A stretch of 64,000 nt of DNA from Marsupella aquatica. Lineage: Eukaryota > Plantae > Marchantiophyta. A program made the position numbers and the translations under genes. Every line of letters begins with the position of its first letter. Position 1 is the stretch's first letter. Shown in pieces: positions 51,601-64,000 of this stretch. The stretch is taken from assembly GCA_973895155.1 (NCBI GenBank), contig OZ316897.1, forward strand, positions 15,437,375 through 15,501,374. The letters are read 5' to 3'. The notes under the pieces are model-generated. The model searched no databases, had not been told where the DNA came from, and saw only the letters and a list, made by a program, of their open reading frames with translations.

Positions 51601-54600
51601 ACCAGACCAAAAAACACAACAAGCTGACACAAGATCCGAATTGTGAAATACTTAGTCACCGGTGAAAAGACCTCATTGTCATCCACTCCTTTCTCCTGCG
51701 TGAATCCCTTGGCAACAAGCCTTGCCTTGAAGATCTTGTCTCCACCCTCTGAAGGACTGTTCTTCAACTTGTAAATCCACTGCTGTCCACCACTTGCTGA
51801 CCTCTTAGAAGCTCCACCAGCTCCCATGTCTTGTTGTCACTCAAAGATTGCAACTCCCTCTGCATTGCTGCATTCCACTCATGCTTCTGCTCTAAAGCAC
51901 AAGCCTCACTGTACGAAGAAGGCTCTCCTTCTTCCAAGATCAAAGCCATATCATCATCATCAGGTGCAATGTCAATATCATCTAGCTTAGATGAGTCTGC
52001 CCATTGACCATACCTGGTAGGAGCTCTAGTAGAACGACTGGAAGTTCTTCTAGTAGATGAAGACTGATCTGCTGCTGCTGGCTAAATTTGAGGTACCCCA
52101 ACAACAATCTGCTCCTCTTGTTCCATCACAGGAACCAGTTCCAAGCCCAGAGCTTCTCCATCTCTCCTGTCATGAACATCATCATGACTAACAACCTGGT
52201 CCGGGATGGGAGATTTCCCCTTGTCAGTATGGGAGTCCTGAGAACTCTCCCCCTCCTTTGATGATCTGGATTCATTAAAGGACACATCTCTACTGACAAT
52301 TAGCTTACAAGTTACTAGATCCCATAATCTATAACCCTTCACACCTTTCTGATAGCCAAGGAAAATGCACTTCTTTGACTTGGACTCCAGCTTGGATCAA
52401 AGCTGGGAAGGTGTAAGTACATAAGCATCACATCCAAAAATCCTCAGATGTGAGTAATCTGTTGGACGCCCGTTGGGACGCCCGAACCTCATTTCAAATG
52501 GCATCTTGAATCCAATAGAATTGGATGGAGAAAAATTTATCAAATAAGCTGTAGTGTTGACAACTTCATTCCAAAACTCATGCGATAAGCATGATTGACT
52601 CAACATACTCCTCGAGCGGTCCAATAGTGTTCGGTTGAGTCTCTCAAAAACACCATTTTGTTGTGGAGTATAACTTGTTGTGAGATGGAGGGTAATCCCC
52701 TACTCCTTACAATACATTCCAAATTCACCAGAACTGTATTCATCGCCATTATCCGATCAAAGATATCTCACCTTTTTACCAGCCTGATACTCAACTTGGG
52801 TTTTCCACTCCTTAAAAAGTGGCAAAAACATCAGACTTACTATGTAGAAAGTATATCCACACATACCTTGAGTAATCGTCTATGAACGTGACATCGTATA
52901 ACCGTCCAGAATGTGAGGGAGTACGTAGGGGCTGGACCCCACATATCACTATGTACATACTCAAGTATCTCCTTTTGGTGTGAGTTCCAACTCTGAAGGG
53001 TTTCCTGTGCTGCTTCCCAAGTACACAATGCTCACAAAATTTCAACTTAGTTACAAGATTACAAATTAGAAAGTAATCCTTTTTTCTGAAGAATAGCCAA
53101 ATCTTTTTCACTCATGTGGCCCGAATGGAAGTGCCACAGCCAGACCGTCTTCTCATGAGATAAGGTTACATTGGCTTCATCACAGACTACATTGCCCTCC
53201 AAAACGTATAGATTTTAATGTCTCTTTCCCTTCAATACAACTTTAGTACCAGTTAAAACTTGAAGGACACCATTAGCAGAACTCCACCGATGGCCATTTA
53301 CTTCTAAAACTCCAAGTGAAATGAAATTTTTCATCATGCTGGGAATATGTCTCACATTCCTCAACGTTCTCACAACACCATCAAACATCTGAAATCTAAT
53401 AGATCCAAGTCCAACTACTTGACATGAGATTCTATTTCCCATCAACACTGAACCGTTGGAAACCGTGTAAGAACTGAAAAAATCTCTCCTAGAGCAAATG
53501 TGAAAAGTACATGCACTATCTAGAATCCAATCATCACTACCTGGATTTGACACTATGTTGAGAGCATAACCTTGGCATCACAATATGTCATCATCATCGA
53601 GTAAATCTACCTCATGTGCGCTTGATGCCGTGTTAGCTGATGCGATAGGGTCCTTTACTCGACAATCCCTTTTCATGTGGCCAGGCTTGCCATATCTCCA
53701 ACATGCAAGAGGCTTCCTCTCTTGCGATTTCCCTCTGGATTTAGATCTCCCCCGTGATATAGATCTAAACGTGTTCTGCCCATTTGTGCGCTGCGCTGGT
53801 CTTCCCCGGTTCACGTTCAGCGCAGTGCCAGAAGAAGATGCTGTCTGTGCTTGACCCAACTTCTTCTGAGCATCATCAGACAGTAATGAGCTCACCACCT
53901 CATTATACGAAATGGACTTATAATCTCTATACAAGAGTACCTATTTCAAGCCCTGATAAGACGGTGATAAGGAGCTTAGCAAAAGCAAGGCCTTATCCCT
54001 CATCTTCAACTCCCTTTCCCAGGTTTGATAGATCCACCGCTAGACTGTCAAACTCATCCATGTGATCCTGCAGCTTGCTCCCTTCCTTGAGCCTGAGGCT
54101 CATCAAGAGAGACTTCTTGTACAACCGGTCTGACGCATCTTCCCGGTAGTACTTCTCTCTTAGAGCCTTAAACAGTGACGCGCAATCCGCATAATCATCT
54201 AGTTGCTTGATGATGTGCGGCTTCAGATAAAATATCACTGCATTGACAGCAATCATCTGCTCCTGTCTCCACTGCTTCTCTGAGATCTCCTCTTCTCCAT
54301 CATACTACTCTCGCGAAGAGAGCAGATGAGATAAGCCCATGGCCTGAAGAACACCCTTCACTTGCTTCTCCCACAACAAGTAGTTAGTACGGCCATCATA
54401 CTTCTCCACCTCAAACTTCACTCCTCCAAATCTAGCCATCTTCCTCTTTTTCCCCACTACCGACAGCTCTGGTAGTAGAATAGCTTCCTCCATTGCACGT
54501 CGCACCAATGATCATACCGGTGATACCTATTCCTCCTCAAACGGTAGCAGCTCCTCCTCAGACTCTCCGTCTGATCGTCGCAATCCCAAAGCTCCACCGA

Positions 54601-56327
54601 CACCAATTCTTCTAGTATCCTCCGAGTCACTCATATGAAACAATCATGAAAAAACATCTTTTTTTGAACTTCTCATAAAACTCAAAACTCAACACCGCCG
54701 CGTAGCCCACAAATCTAGGAGTCCAATATTGAAAGCCAAAATCAAAATCAAAATTCGACGAAAAAGTTATTCAAATTTTGGTCGGGGTGGGTAAAACCTT
54801 GGGAAACTCCCCCATTTTGATCACCTCAGAGAATAACCGAAATACCAAGTATAACCCGCGGGATAACCCATCGTCGGAATTGCAATGTGATCGGTGCGCC
54901 GCATTGCTAACTCCAGTGGCAACGTCCTCGCTGAAAAAGAACCAAAAAAGTTACCGTTCGGCGGACAGAATCTTCGTCAGACGGCCAAAAAATAGCTCTC
55001 TATTTTTCGGGAATATTCCCGCATAGTCCGACAGGTCTCACAGGGGTCCGTTCCCCCTGTCCAAGCAGTTAAAATGGAGGGCGGCAGGTCCCGACACTAA
55101 AGGAGAAGCAAAGAGGAAGAAAAAAGCTAACAAATGGGGCCTAAAGGGGGCCCTTAAGCCCCTTAAAACCAAAAATATGCCGTATTGATCGCGTGCCCGA
55201 AGGGCGTATGGCTGCCTGTGATAGTATCCTGGCGGCTGCATATGCAACCGCGTATGCGCGAGTGTGGCCGGGCCGGGGAGTAACGGGGTACGAGGCAGGG
55301 TGGCAGGGCACGGCCGGAGGGAGCCTTCAACAAGAATCGGCGAAGGGGGGAGTGGGGCGTACCCAGGCGCGCCTGCAGCCCAAGGCAGGCTGGCAAACGG
55401 GGGTGCGGGGGTACGGGAGGTGGAGGGGGAGGCCGGGCGTTCGTAAGGGCAACTGCTGGGCGGCAGCTTTCGCGCCGGCCGGCGCTATGGAGGGCCTGAA
55501 AAATGGGGTGCGGGGTGGGGAGATACTAAGTATGCAAGGCGGCGGGGGAGTATTAGGGTGGATGGGGACCCCTAGGTGTGTATACACACCAAAGGGACTC
55601 CTTTAAGCCCCTTAAAGCAACCAAAAAAAATTGCCACTAAATGTGAAGAAAAAACGGGTTACACACCTTGTCGCCGCCGTTTCCAATGAGAAAACAACGA
55701 GTTATCGACGGGATATGTTGCCGAATCACACCAGCGCCGTCTGCAACTCCAGCACTATAAAAGCTTCCGCCGCGTCGTGTTCACTCTGCGTCAAGTGCCA
55801 ATCCCGAGCTCAAAACGACCGCCTCGCCGCGATCAAACCATTGAGCCGTAGCACTTCGCGTTTCTTCCATTGAGTCGGACGTCACAAAGAGAAACCCGGT
55901 TCAGATGGGAACAAGCTCCATAGCTTGTGAAAAAACCTGAACTCCCCCTTCTCTCGTCACGACGCACTCGGTAATAACTCGGCAGCAACTCAGCTACCGA
56001 AACGACCAGCTCGCCTCAACCTTCAACTTGAGCTACAACATGCGACACCTCCCGCACCGCACAGCTCACACCGTTGAAAAAACGCGAACTCAAGTTTGTC
56101 CCCCGAAAACTTGTCTAACACGAATAAACCCTGAACGACGTAAACTTTGATTCCTCCGCACCACGGATACTGATCAGCGATTTCTAACCACCGTTAGAAA
56201 GCCCTCTCACTAACCTATCCGCTCAGCCACACACATTCAAGTTTCATGCGACGAAACTCTGAATGTATCACCGACAATGAACGCTGGAAAAAACCGTCAT
56301 GAAAAAACCTAATCACCTCCCAGGCAT

Positions 56328-56339
56328 GCTCTGATACCA
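56328..56339 (-). other. Primer-binding site complementary to initiator tRNA-Met
   Basis: TGGTATCAGAGC on the minus strand, 2 nt inside the LTR. Confidence 0.92.
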
Positions 56340-56341
56340 CT

Positions 56342-56687
56342 TGTTGAGCATAGATAACATTCGCAACTGCAAGCCCATGAACCATCCAACACACAAGAGT
56401 TAACACAGAGAGATACATAGTTCACCTCCACATGAGGCTACGTCCATGGAAACACACAAGAGCTTTACTGCACTCTAGGTTGATCGGCCATATATACCAA
56501 GCATCCACAACACAAGCTGTCCCTATCTCTCAACTAGCTCCGTAACAATGAGTCTAAGTTTCACCCAAGGTCTGGCATCATCCCTGGCTAAATACACAAC
56601 AACATTGTCTACCGCTAACATTAGTTAAGTCCTAACTCGAGTTAAACTAACTGTGGTTAGTTCACAAGACTAGAGCAATATCTAACA
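56342..56687 (-). repeat. 5' LTR of the copia element (346 bp)
   Basis: TG...CA termini with tgtt/aaca ends, adjacent PBS, and homology to the solo LTR. Confidence 0.92.
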
Positions 56688-57023
56688 AAATCTATCTTTT
56701 GCTTTTTATCCTTTGGTTCTTTGTTTGGTCTTTTTCTCAAAATTATCCATGGCTGATTAGTTAAAAAAAATAACATATAAAAAATCCATGATTGAAATTA
56801 AAACATTATTAGACCATACCCAACCTGGAGACAAATCACTCATGCAAGAAATCCAATCAAGGGAGAAAAAGCAAAGAGCCGAAAAGCCAAAAGAATCGAG
56901 ACAAAAGCCCAAGGCAAGAAAAGCCAAGGAACTAACAAAAGGAGGTCCATGCCGAAAAACGTAGGATGCGGAAAGAGAAGGGAGAGCAAGGTGATACGTA
57001 CTCGCACCCTGACCATGCCGAAC

Positions 57024-57109
57024 GTGCCTAGAGAGAGGGTATATGTTTAGATCAAACGGTGCCTAGAAAGAGGGTATATTTTTAGATCAAATCGTGCCTA
57101 GAAAGAGGG
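57024..57109. repeat. 35-bp tandem repeat, ~2.5 copies
   Basis: gtgcctaga.agagggtatat.tttagatcaaa. Confidence 0.88.
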
Positions 57110-58087
57110 AAGGAGGTTAAAGGAAGCAAGGTTGTCTCTCGATCACAACTCGTGCGCAGCAATTTGTCCGACCAACTACGGACAGCTATAGCAGCAGTTC
57201 TGGGCATCGATCATCCATCCAATCCCGATATATGTCAGCCTGGCCAGCATATTATACGTGTTTTGGAGTAATACGCGACCGCTCCTCACTCAATCGAATG
57301 CTTCTGCTGGACTTGACCTCACGAGTCCTCGAATTTGGGGTCCCTCCGACGTGGCCGAATGGTGTACATACGGTTTATGTTGTTGACGAGTTCAGCACTC
57401 AAAGTCGTTCCACTTGACTTGATTTACGTCACAGCAATGTCAGGACGTGGTTGGAAATGAATTGGACGACAGTAGGTAGGCTGGGATCACATTCAGTGCT
57501 CAGTCGTGACTGAAGCCACAAGGGCAGCTGACGATATATAATTGATATGTGTTCCCACTGCTAGGGCTGCGTATTGGTCTATGTGCTCGCTGTGTGCTTT
57601 GCATGTGCTGGTTCAAAAAGTTCAGAGAATTAAGTCGACGTGTTTTCTAGATTTTTTCTGGCAAACGTCGCTCAAACTCTCGTTTCTAGTCTTCTTGTAG
57701 CTGTGTCAATAAATGGCAGCCGAACTTTGTAGGCATCGATTGGGATCGAGAATTATTTTGGCTGGTAGAGTGGAAATGGAACAAATTTTAGCTAGTCACA
57801 CTGGAGCCCAAGAAAAATGTACCCAAGAAAATGTCAGCCGTGTAGGTAGCCCTGTCGATACGTTAACATTTCCCTCTAAAGATTTGCATTTGTTCATCGC
57901 TTGATCTGTACAAGACATACGTCCCCATTTTTATCTGATAAGGAGACAAGTGGATCAATCTCACCTAAAATTTGGGCTCCATGTACAAACTAGTCGAAAC
58001 AGCAGCACAAATGCTCGCATTATGCATAGCAACCAATGCACGAGAATGTGACCGTACGCACTTCCGTTACTATGTTGCTTCAACGCT

Positions 58088-58286
58088 ATATCCTCCACAA
58101 TGACTTATTGTAGTGTTATTTCATTACGATTCGATTCTTTAACACTTCAAATCTTTTTCTCCCGGCTAACTTTATGTCTACGTGGGCCATATCCTCCACA
58201 GTGATCGACTTATTGTAGTGTTATTTCATTACGATTCGATTCTTTGACACTTCAAATATTTTTTTCCCGGCTAACTTTATATCTAC
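58088..58286. repeat. ~101-bp tandem duplication
   Basis: atatcctccaca..gacttattgtagtgttatttcattacgattcgattcttt..cccggctaactttat at 58088 and 58189. Confidence 0.9.
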
Positions 58287-61200
58287 AGGGCCCTATTTGG
58301 TGTAAGTCACAGGTAGCTGGTAAACTGTACACATACGTAAGGTCCCTGGACGAAGCCGTATGTTTCGGTCAAGAGTTTTCTGCCATTTATTGGAAGTCTC
58401 GAGCCGGGCACATCAACTGAATTTGTCCGATATTTGTATGGCTGAACGAATAGCAAGTGCTATATTAATTGGTATAGCTCCAAATGACATTATTTTGTTT
58501 TCAGTTGACCGCTCAAGATATGGTAGATAGGCAAAGGTTATGGCTGAGAATATACTTTGCAACACAGGCAACAGGGACTTAAGCGAACTCTCGCTCTCTC
58601 TTCTCGGCTCTCCCGTTTCATTGATCACGAACTATTAAGACCGGCAGTGAATCGAACCAAATAATGCCCCTTTTTCACGCAACAGACCGACCATCGAATT
58701 TCTTCAGAGTGAAAGTGAAGTACGGACTGAAAACGATGCCTTCTTCACAGCGTTTGGAGTGGGCTTAAATTTTTGAACATGCTGAATGGACATGATTACG
58801 CCTGTGTGCACGTGGGCCTAAGCAGCTCGACTTTCCTATGTGCGAGTGGAATGCTATATATACATATATATAACAGGTAAGACTCATCACTATGGCATAA
58901 CATTCTAAACATATCGTCTTCTTACTTGACACGACATTCCCAAAGCGGTCAGAATATATCCATCTTTTCATCTACAGCTGAGACTTCCCTCGGGACAGTA
59001 ATGGTCCCGTCCAGCACAGTGAGACTCACAAAAGGAGCCAAGAATTATTCTCTCGCTGACAAGTCAGTCTCGATGGCACAATTGTCCAGCTAGAGTATAT
59101 GTTTACCTGCGCTTCTTCATATACTCTTCTGAAAATTGAGGTGACTGTGATCGGGCCGGGTTCCATACATAGACCACATACACTGCCTCTGTATTTGCAT
59201 CATCAAGTGAACCTCATCCCACACGTTTTTAGCTTCATCTCGAGCACCAGCTTACATTACTACTTGTTTACTTCTAGAGATCCAGGAAGCATCACATCCA
59301 GGCACTCCCTGACTGAGACCACTGTAAACTCTCAACAATATCCATGTGATATCTACCTCTTGATAACATTTGTAATGCTATTTCTTAATTACTTAACAAT
59401 ATAAAGACAAACGAGATGCCAGACATATTAGTATAGCAAAGACCTGAGGTGAAATCGATGTAGAGTACTCCACAACACGTTTGAAGTTAATTTAGACTTC
59501 CCGCTGGATTCGCCTTTATAATTTATATAAGGTTTTGGACTTTCACTAAAGTATCCACTCGAGGAAATCAAAAGAAAGTTAATCCAACATTTCTAGCTGC
59601 TCTAATGTTTGTAAGAAACCTACCTGTATAAAAATTCATTCAGCGACCTGTTTACATCGTGATTCTGTAGCCCTGTACATGCTCGTGTACATATTGATGC
59701 ATGTGTGAATCCAAGGACTACCGGGAGGACAACGCGTGTCCAGAGTGTGCGTGCTTCCAGGGATTACCTCAAGACTTCTAAGAAGTTGAAGTTATTAATT
59801 GTTATTACAATGTATGACCAGCTCCATAGAGTGAAGGCATACTTAGCCTCTGGTAACATAATTTGTTGATATTTAAACTGTGCGTGTGACAGGCATGTCA
59901 TCGAATAAGGCCAGGCACGAGGAATCTGGGTGGGGAGCCCTTCCTGTGAGTAAACAGTGGTATTGGGGCTGGTTTTCCTAATAGAAGCGACTGCTTAATT
60001 TCAGGTGAAAGTTTTGCTGGTCGATTAAATTTTCGGGTAAATTTGTCCCTAGATCTTTCCCTCTTCATGGCATGGCCGGATTTTAATATTCTAGGCTTTC
60101 GCATCGATCAGCTATATTTCAAACCAATGAACCGCAATGTTTTCTGACTAGTACAAGTACGTTTAACCAACTGAAGGATTTCTTAAGAAGTTCTGCTCCA
60201 TGAGGAACGAGGCAGCTATAGTCCACTCAGCGCTAATATTGAGGTGTCTTGGGCCGAGCTCATGCAAGCATGACTACAAATACTACCTAACGAACAATGG
60301 GACTAATAATTTCCAAAGAGAAGTTAGATAAGTCTACCGTCTATAGTGAAAATCCCTTAGACTGTGACTATCTTCATTACAAGGAAACTATCGTTTTTAC
60401 AGAATTTCGTTCTCTGAACCTCTATTTACGTTCTGCACCTCTACTTAAGTTCAGAGTAGATTTGAAGGTCGAGCTATAGCATGATCGAAGAATGATGCGC
60501 AACGATCATTGCAAGCATCATTGGAGTACTGGGCAAAAGGTTACTTGGATCAATGTTCTAAATAGCCTATGGAATCCCTTTGCTTCAGTAGGCCTTCGTC
60601 ATTGATCGACTGTATTTGAGCGCTTTCTAGCTGCCAAAAGCTTTACTCATGATCCATTCACTGGATCTGGAGTCAGCCACGACGGTCAAAAGATGGATTT
60701 CGGTGACATTGGTAGTCTATAGTAGCTAGCTGCAGATTCCTATAAAGAAAAAGCCGTATAAGAAAAAAATAGACCTTCAAGTTTTAGCAGAATCCGTACA
60801 GACTCTAGGTTAATTACTATACATCTTGCTTAAACACAAGGCAGATCTACCCCCTTCGCATGTGGGACACACTCCCATTTTGTGGAGGTTTGTTGAGGTT
60901 TCTCCTATCATTTCCCGTCTGAACACAAGAGAATTGGCAAAATCCCATTCATCACCAAAGGAAAATACAAATCCTCTAGGATTGTCTTTTTGGTAAGTAC
61001 TATTTGAGAACACCAATATCAAGCTAGGTGGAAGTTTCACATAAAGTAGGGCAAATTTGATTTCCTACCGGGGCATATGACAGTTTTTCCTTGTGAACAA
61101 GAATACGTGCTTTCGATCTGTACGAAGAATTACATTAAGGTTACGGGGAGTTTGGCATGTGGATGTGGTAGATTAGTGCTGATTGTGGTGAGTATCATAA

Positions 61201-64000
61201 TTAAGGTAACGAAATACCAAATTTGGAGGCCCATAACGTACACTGATGTAAATTGTACATTTCCCAACATGAGGTTAGTATTACACTCGATATATTGCAT
61301 GCGTGCAGCCTCGACAAAGCTACAGGAACGCCTGAATATATATGGCTGTGCTCTAAGCGAAATCAATTCTGGACAATATAGGACTTGTTTTAGTGCCGAG
61401 GCAAAGAGATCTAGGCAAAGAGATCTGAGTCTTCCAATTCAACAAACAACCCAATTGCATGTTGGCAGCAGGGACTCTCCTGCCATTGTATATATGGCCC
61501 GCTTAATTCCACGGAGGGACATGATAGGCTCCAGATCAGTGTACTATCTTTGATATGATGATGAGGGCGTCCTTACACATCAAAAAGGAGCAGCCAGATA
61601 GGTAGAAAGAACAACACTCAATGATCTAACCTTTGGGCACATGCCATGTGACACAGTACAGCGGCTGCTGATGGTGTGGCGTTTTGATGTGGATTTACCA
61701 GAAAGGGAAGAGGAGACAGACAACAAACATTATTTGCAATGTAGACTACCGTCATACTGTCTGCAGTGTGGATCTAAACGTACTTGGCCTGTCGGGGGTC
61801 CAGGCAAAGTATATCATTAATAGGCCTCTTTTGTTCTACAGTAGGCCGTGCCTGGGCATGGAAAGTATTTCACCCTACCATGGCTGGAATTCAACCTATT
61901 AATGATCAGGGTCCGTGTTCGACTGTACTGTATCAAGGTTGGTCTTCTGCTCTTTCAAGATATATCCGACCATTTGGTAAGGGTGGCTGGATACTCCTTA
62001 GGTTGAATTGTTGGTCGCCTTGGAGCCATCCTAACTTTAAATTTTTTATTTTTAAAAGGCAAAAGGAACCCAGCCAAGGAAAGCAATTTGCACGTACGTA
62101 CAGCTATCCTTAAGACCTCGACCGAATCCAGTTCCAAACTGTAAGGGAGTACTGGTCTGTGTTACTCTCCAATCACAGTCAAAAATCTCAAGGGTACCAA
62201 CAGTTGAATTGAAAAGGCAGAAACTTTGTTAGAGAAACGAATTAAATGAGCTTCAGCGTGTCTTAAGGAAGATAACGTGTATACTAGGGCTTTCTCTTTA
62301 TAACTACCTCAGAAGTGGATCGATGGAGGGCTCGATTGAATCCTTCGAAAATGAGATGCCGTTGTATATATAGTCTTTTGTTGCAAGGCGCCTACAACCC
62401 CTCGCCTCCCAGCCGACGGAGCGTTATACGTAACTCACTCAGAGAATTTCGTGCAACACACACTTGCTGTCTTGATTTATTTAAAATTTAAAATTCAATG
62501 TATATAAAGCGCTTATAATTACTTGACTCTGATCCCGTGTCAAATATAACTCTAGCTAGCTCATATAATTTTGACGACTGGTGTTCAACAACATAGGAAA
62601 GACTAGCTAATTGAAAGTCATGCACAATACACACATGTCCAAGATAGTGTTCATCTCTGGAGATTGTCACAAACACCTTACGAAAATTGATGATATATCT
62701 AACAATATGGTTTGGAATAGATTATAGTGGATTGTAATTACTTTACTGAGAACTATGATAAATAAATCGTATACAAATACCGTACAGTTACTACGTACCA
62801 GTTTACGTACTAGTACCCTTTAAGAACTCGTTGGTGGGTGATGCTCGTGATCCGGAACCCTTCGGTGTATATTGCACACAGCACACGCAATCTTAGTAAA
62901 GAGGCTCGTACTATGTCCAGCGTGGGTCAATCAAGATCTACCATGTATTTCGTTATCATGATAACGAAAGAAATCTTGGGGGAACAGAATCTGGTGATCC
63001 CATGATTTACGTTCGTACCAGTAAACTACTCAGATTTTGTCGAGTCTCAGGAGCAAAATCTAGGCCTATCCCGAACCCAGACTCGAAGCAGCGAGTATGT
63101 CGTACCAAGCTCACTCTGGGAGTGGCTAAAGTATACATGTACGGATATCTGAACAGATTAGGAAAATTCAGGGCAGTCAGGATACATCTCAACTTCTTTG
63201 CTTTTGCTTTCTTTTGCATTTAATCTCGAGGGAATGCAAACTTAAAACTCAGTTGCTTCATTCAGTGTACTTTGAAAAGACAGTGTTAGCATAACTTCCT
63301 GAACGTTCTAATTTAGGCTCGCCTTGCCTTTAACTTGCTCGTTTACTTTGCAGCTATTTTCTAGACATGGGTGCCGCTTGACTGCATGCTCTCAATTCTA
63401 AATGAATTCCCAAAGTAGAATTCTAATTAGCAAGACAGCATCACTTGCTGCAGCCTTTAATTTGCATGGGAAAAAAAGTTGCAGTCTTGTTTGCTTTTTT
63501 GTTTTTGTGGTGGAGGAAAAGACACGGAAACCACGTCCGGGTGATAGGGCCGTCAACAGGACTGTTTTGTTTAATTTTCTTTGAAACTACTTTGTCAATT
63601 GCTAGAACATGCATACCACGCAGATTTGCCAATTGCTACTACATGCATAACACGCAGAGTTCACATCGAGATATAATAAGACCAACTTGCACTGATAGCT
63701 AGATAACCGTACGTTAATGACGGAAAATTCGTTATGTTGATTCACAACGGCAACAGAAGCGGCTTGGTTCCAACCAAAACAATACTGAAACACCGGAGGC
63801 TACCAAGAAAAAGGGCCATGATCTCAATCTAGCTCATTGGGTTAAGTTTCTTCTTGGGCTCGCTAGGAAACTCTACCTTGCATATCAATATATACCTCAG
63901 AACTAGCTACCTGACTTCGAACTTGGACGATTAGATTTAGTAGCACTAACGGCCAGGTTCGCTCAGATAAATTGAGACTCAAGAAACCTGATCATAATGT

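Larger units (their letters stand above)
50409..56687 (-). mobile_element. 3'-truncated, mutated Ty1/copia LTR retrotransposon (Tnt1/Tork-like)
   Basis: Domains in copia order: gag (KFEVEKYDGRTNY, CCHC-like knuckle), protease (WILDSACTFH), integrase, RT (KARLVAKG, LYGLKQSPR, YVDDML) and RNase H (ADAFTK). Many in-frame stops. Ends just after DAFTKIIPLE, with no PPT or 3' LTR seen. Confidence 0.95.

Noticed and set aside
47941-56687. A single intact LTR retrotransposon bounded by the two LTRs
   Set aside because: The LTRs are in opposite orientations and the left one has its own TSD. The flank of the right LTR (aaatc) does not match.
59898-63223. Short ORFs in the terminal region (e.g. basic 68 aa at 59898, 158 aa at 61077)
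   Set aside because: No recognisable motifs or consistent exon chain; lengths are compatible with chance or TE decay.

Overview
Eukaryotic, intron-rich land-plant nuclear DNA. Short GT-AG introns and the repeat landscape suggest a bryophyte, possibly a liverwort (inference). Genes: a TatD-family DNase (minus strand, running off the left edge), an intronless BTB/POZ protein with a SPRY-like C-terminus, an intronless 968-aa Ser/Pro/Cys-rich orphan ORF, an 18-exon MCM5 with upstream E2F sites, and a 32-exon UBP12/13 (USP7) deubiquitinase. The right third holds nested Ty1/copia debris: a 3'-truncated Tnt1/Tork-like element, an oppositely oriented solo LTR of the same family with a 5-bp TSD, and an older copia fragment. 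The last ~7 kb has no recognisable gene. The most striking observation is that the ~850 bp between MCM5's E2F boxes and its ATG is a diverged, collinear copy of the 5' end of the neighbouring UBP12 gene (5' UTR, decayed first micro-exon and intron 1). UBP12 itself carries two near-identical 27-nt start micro-exons. All alignments were done by eye.
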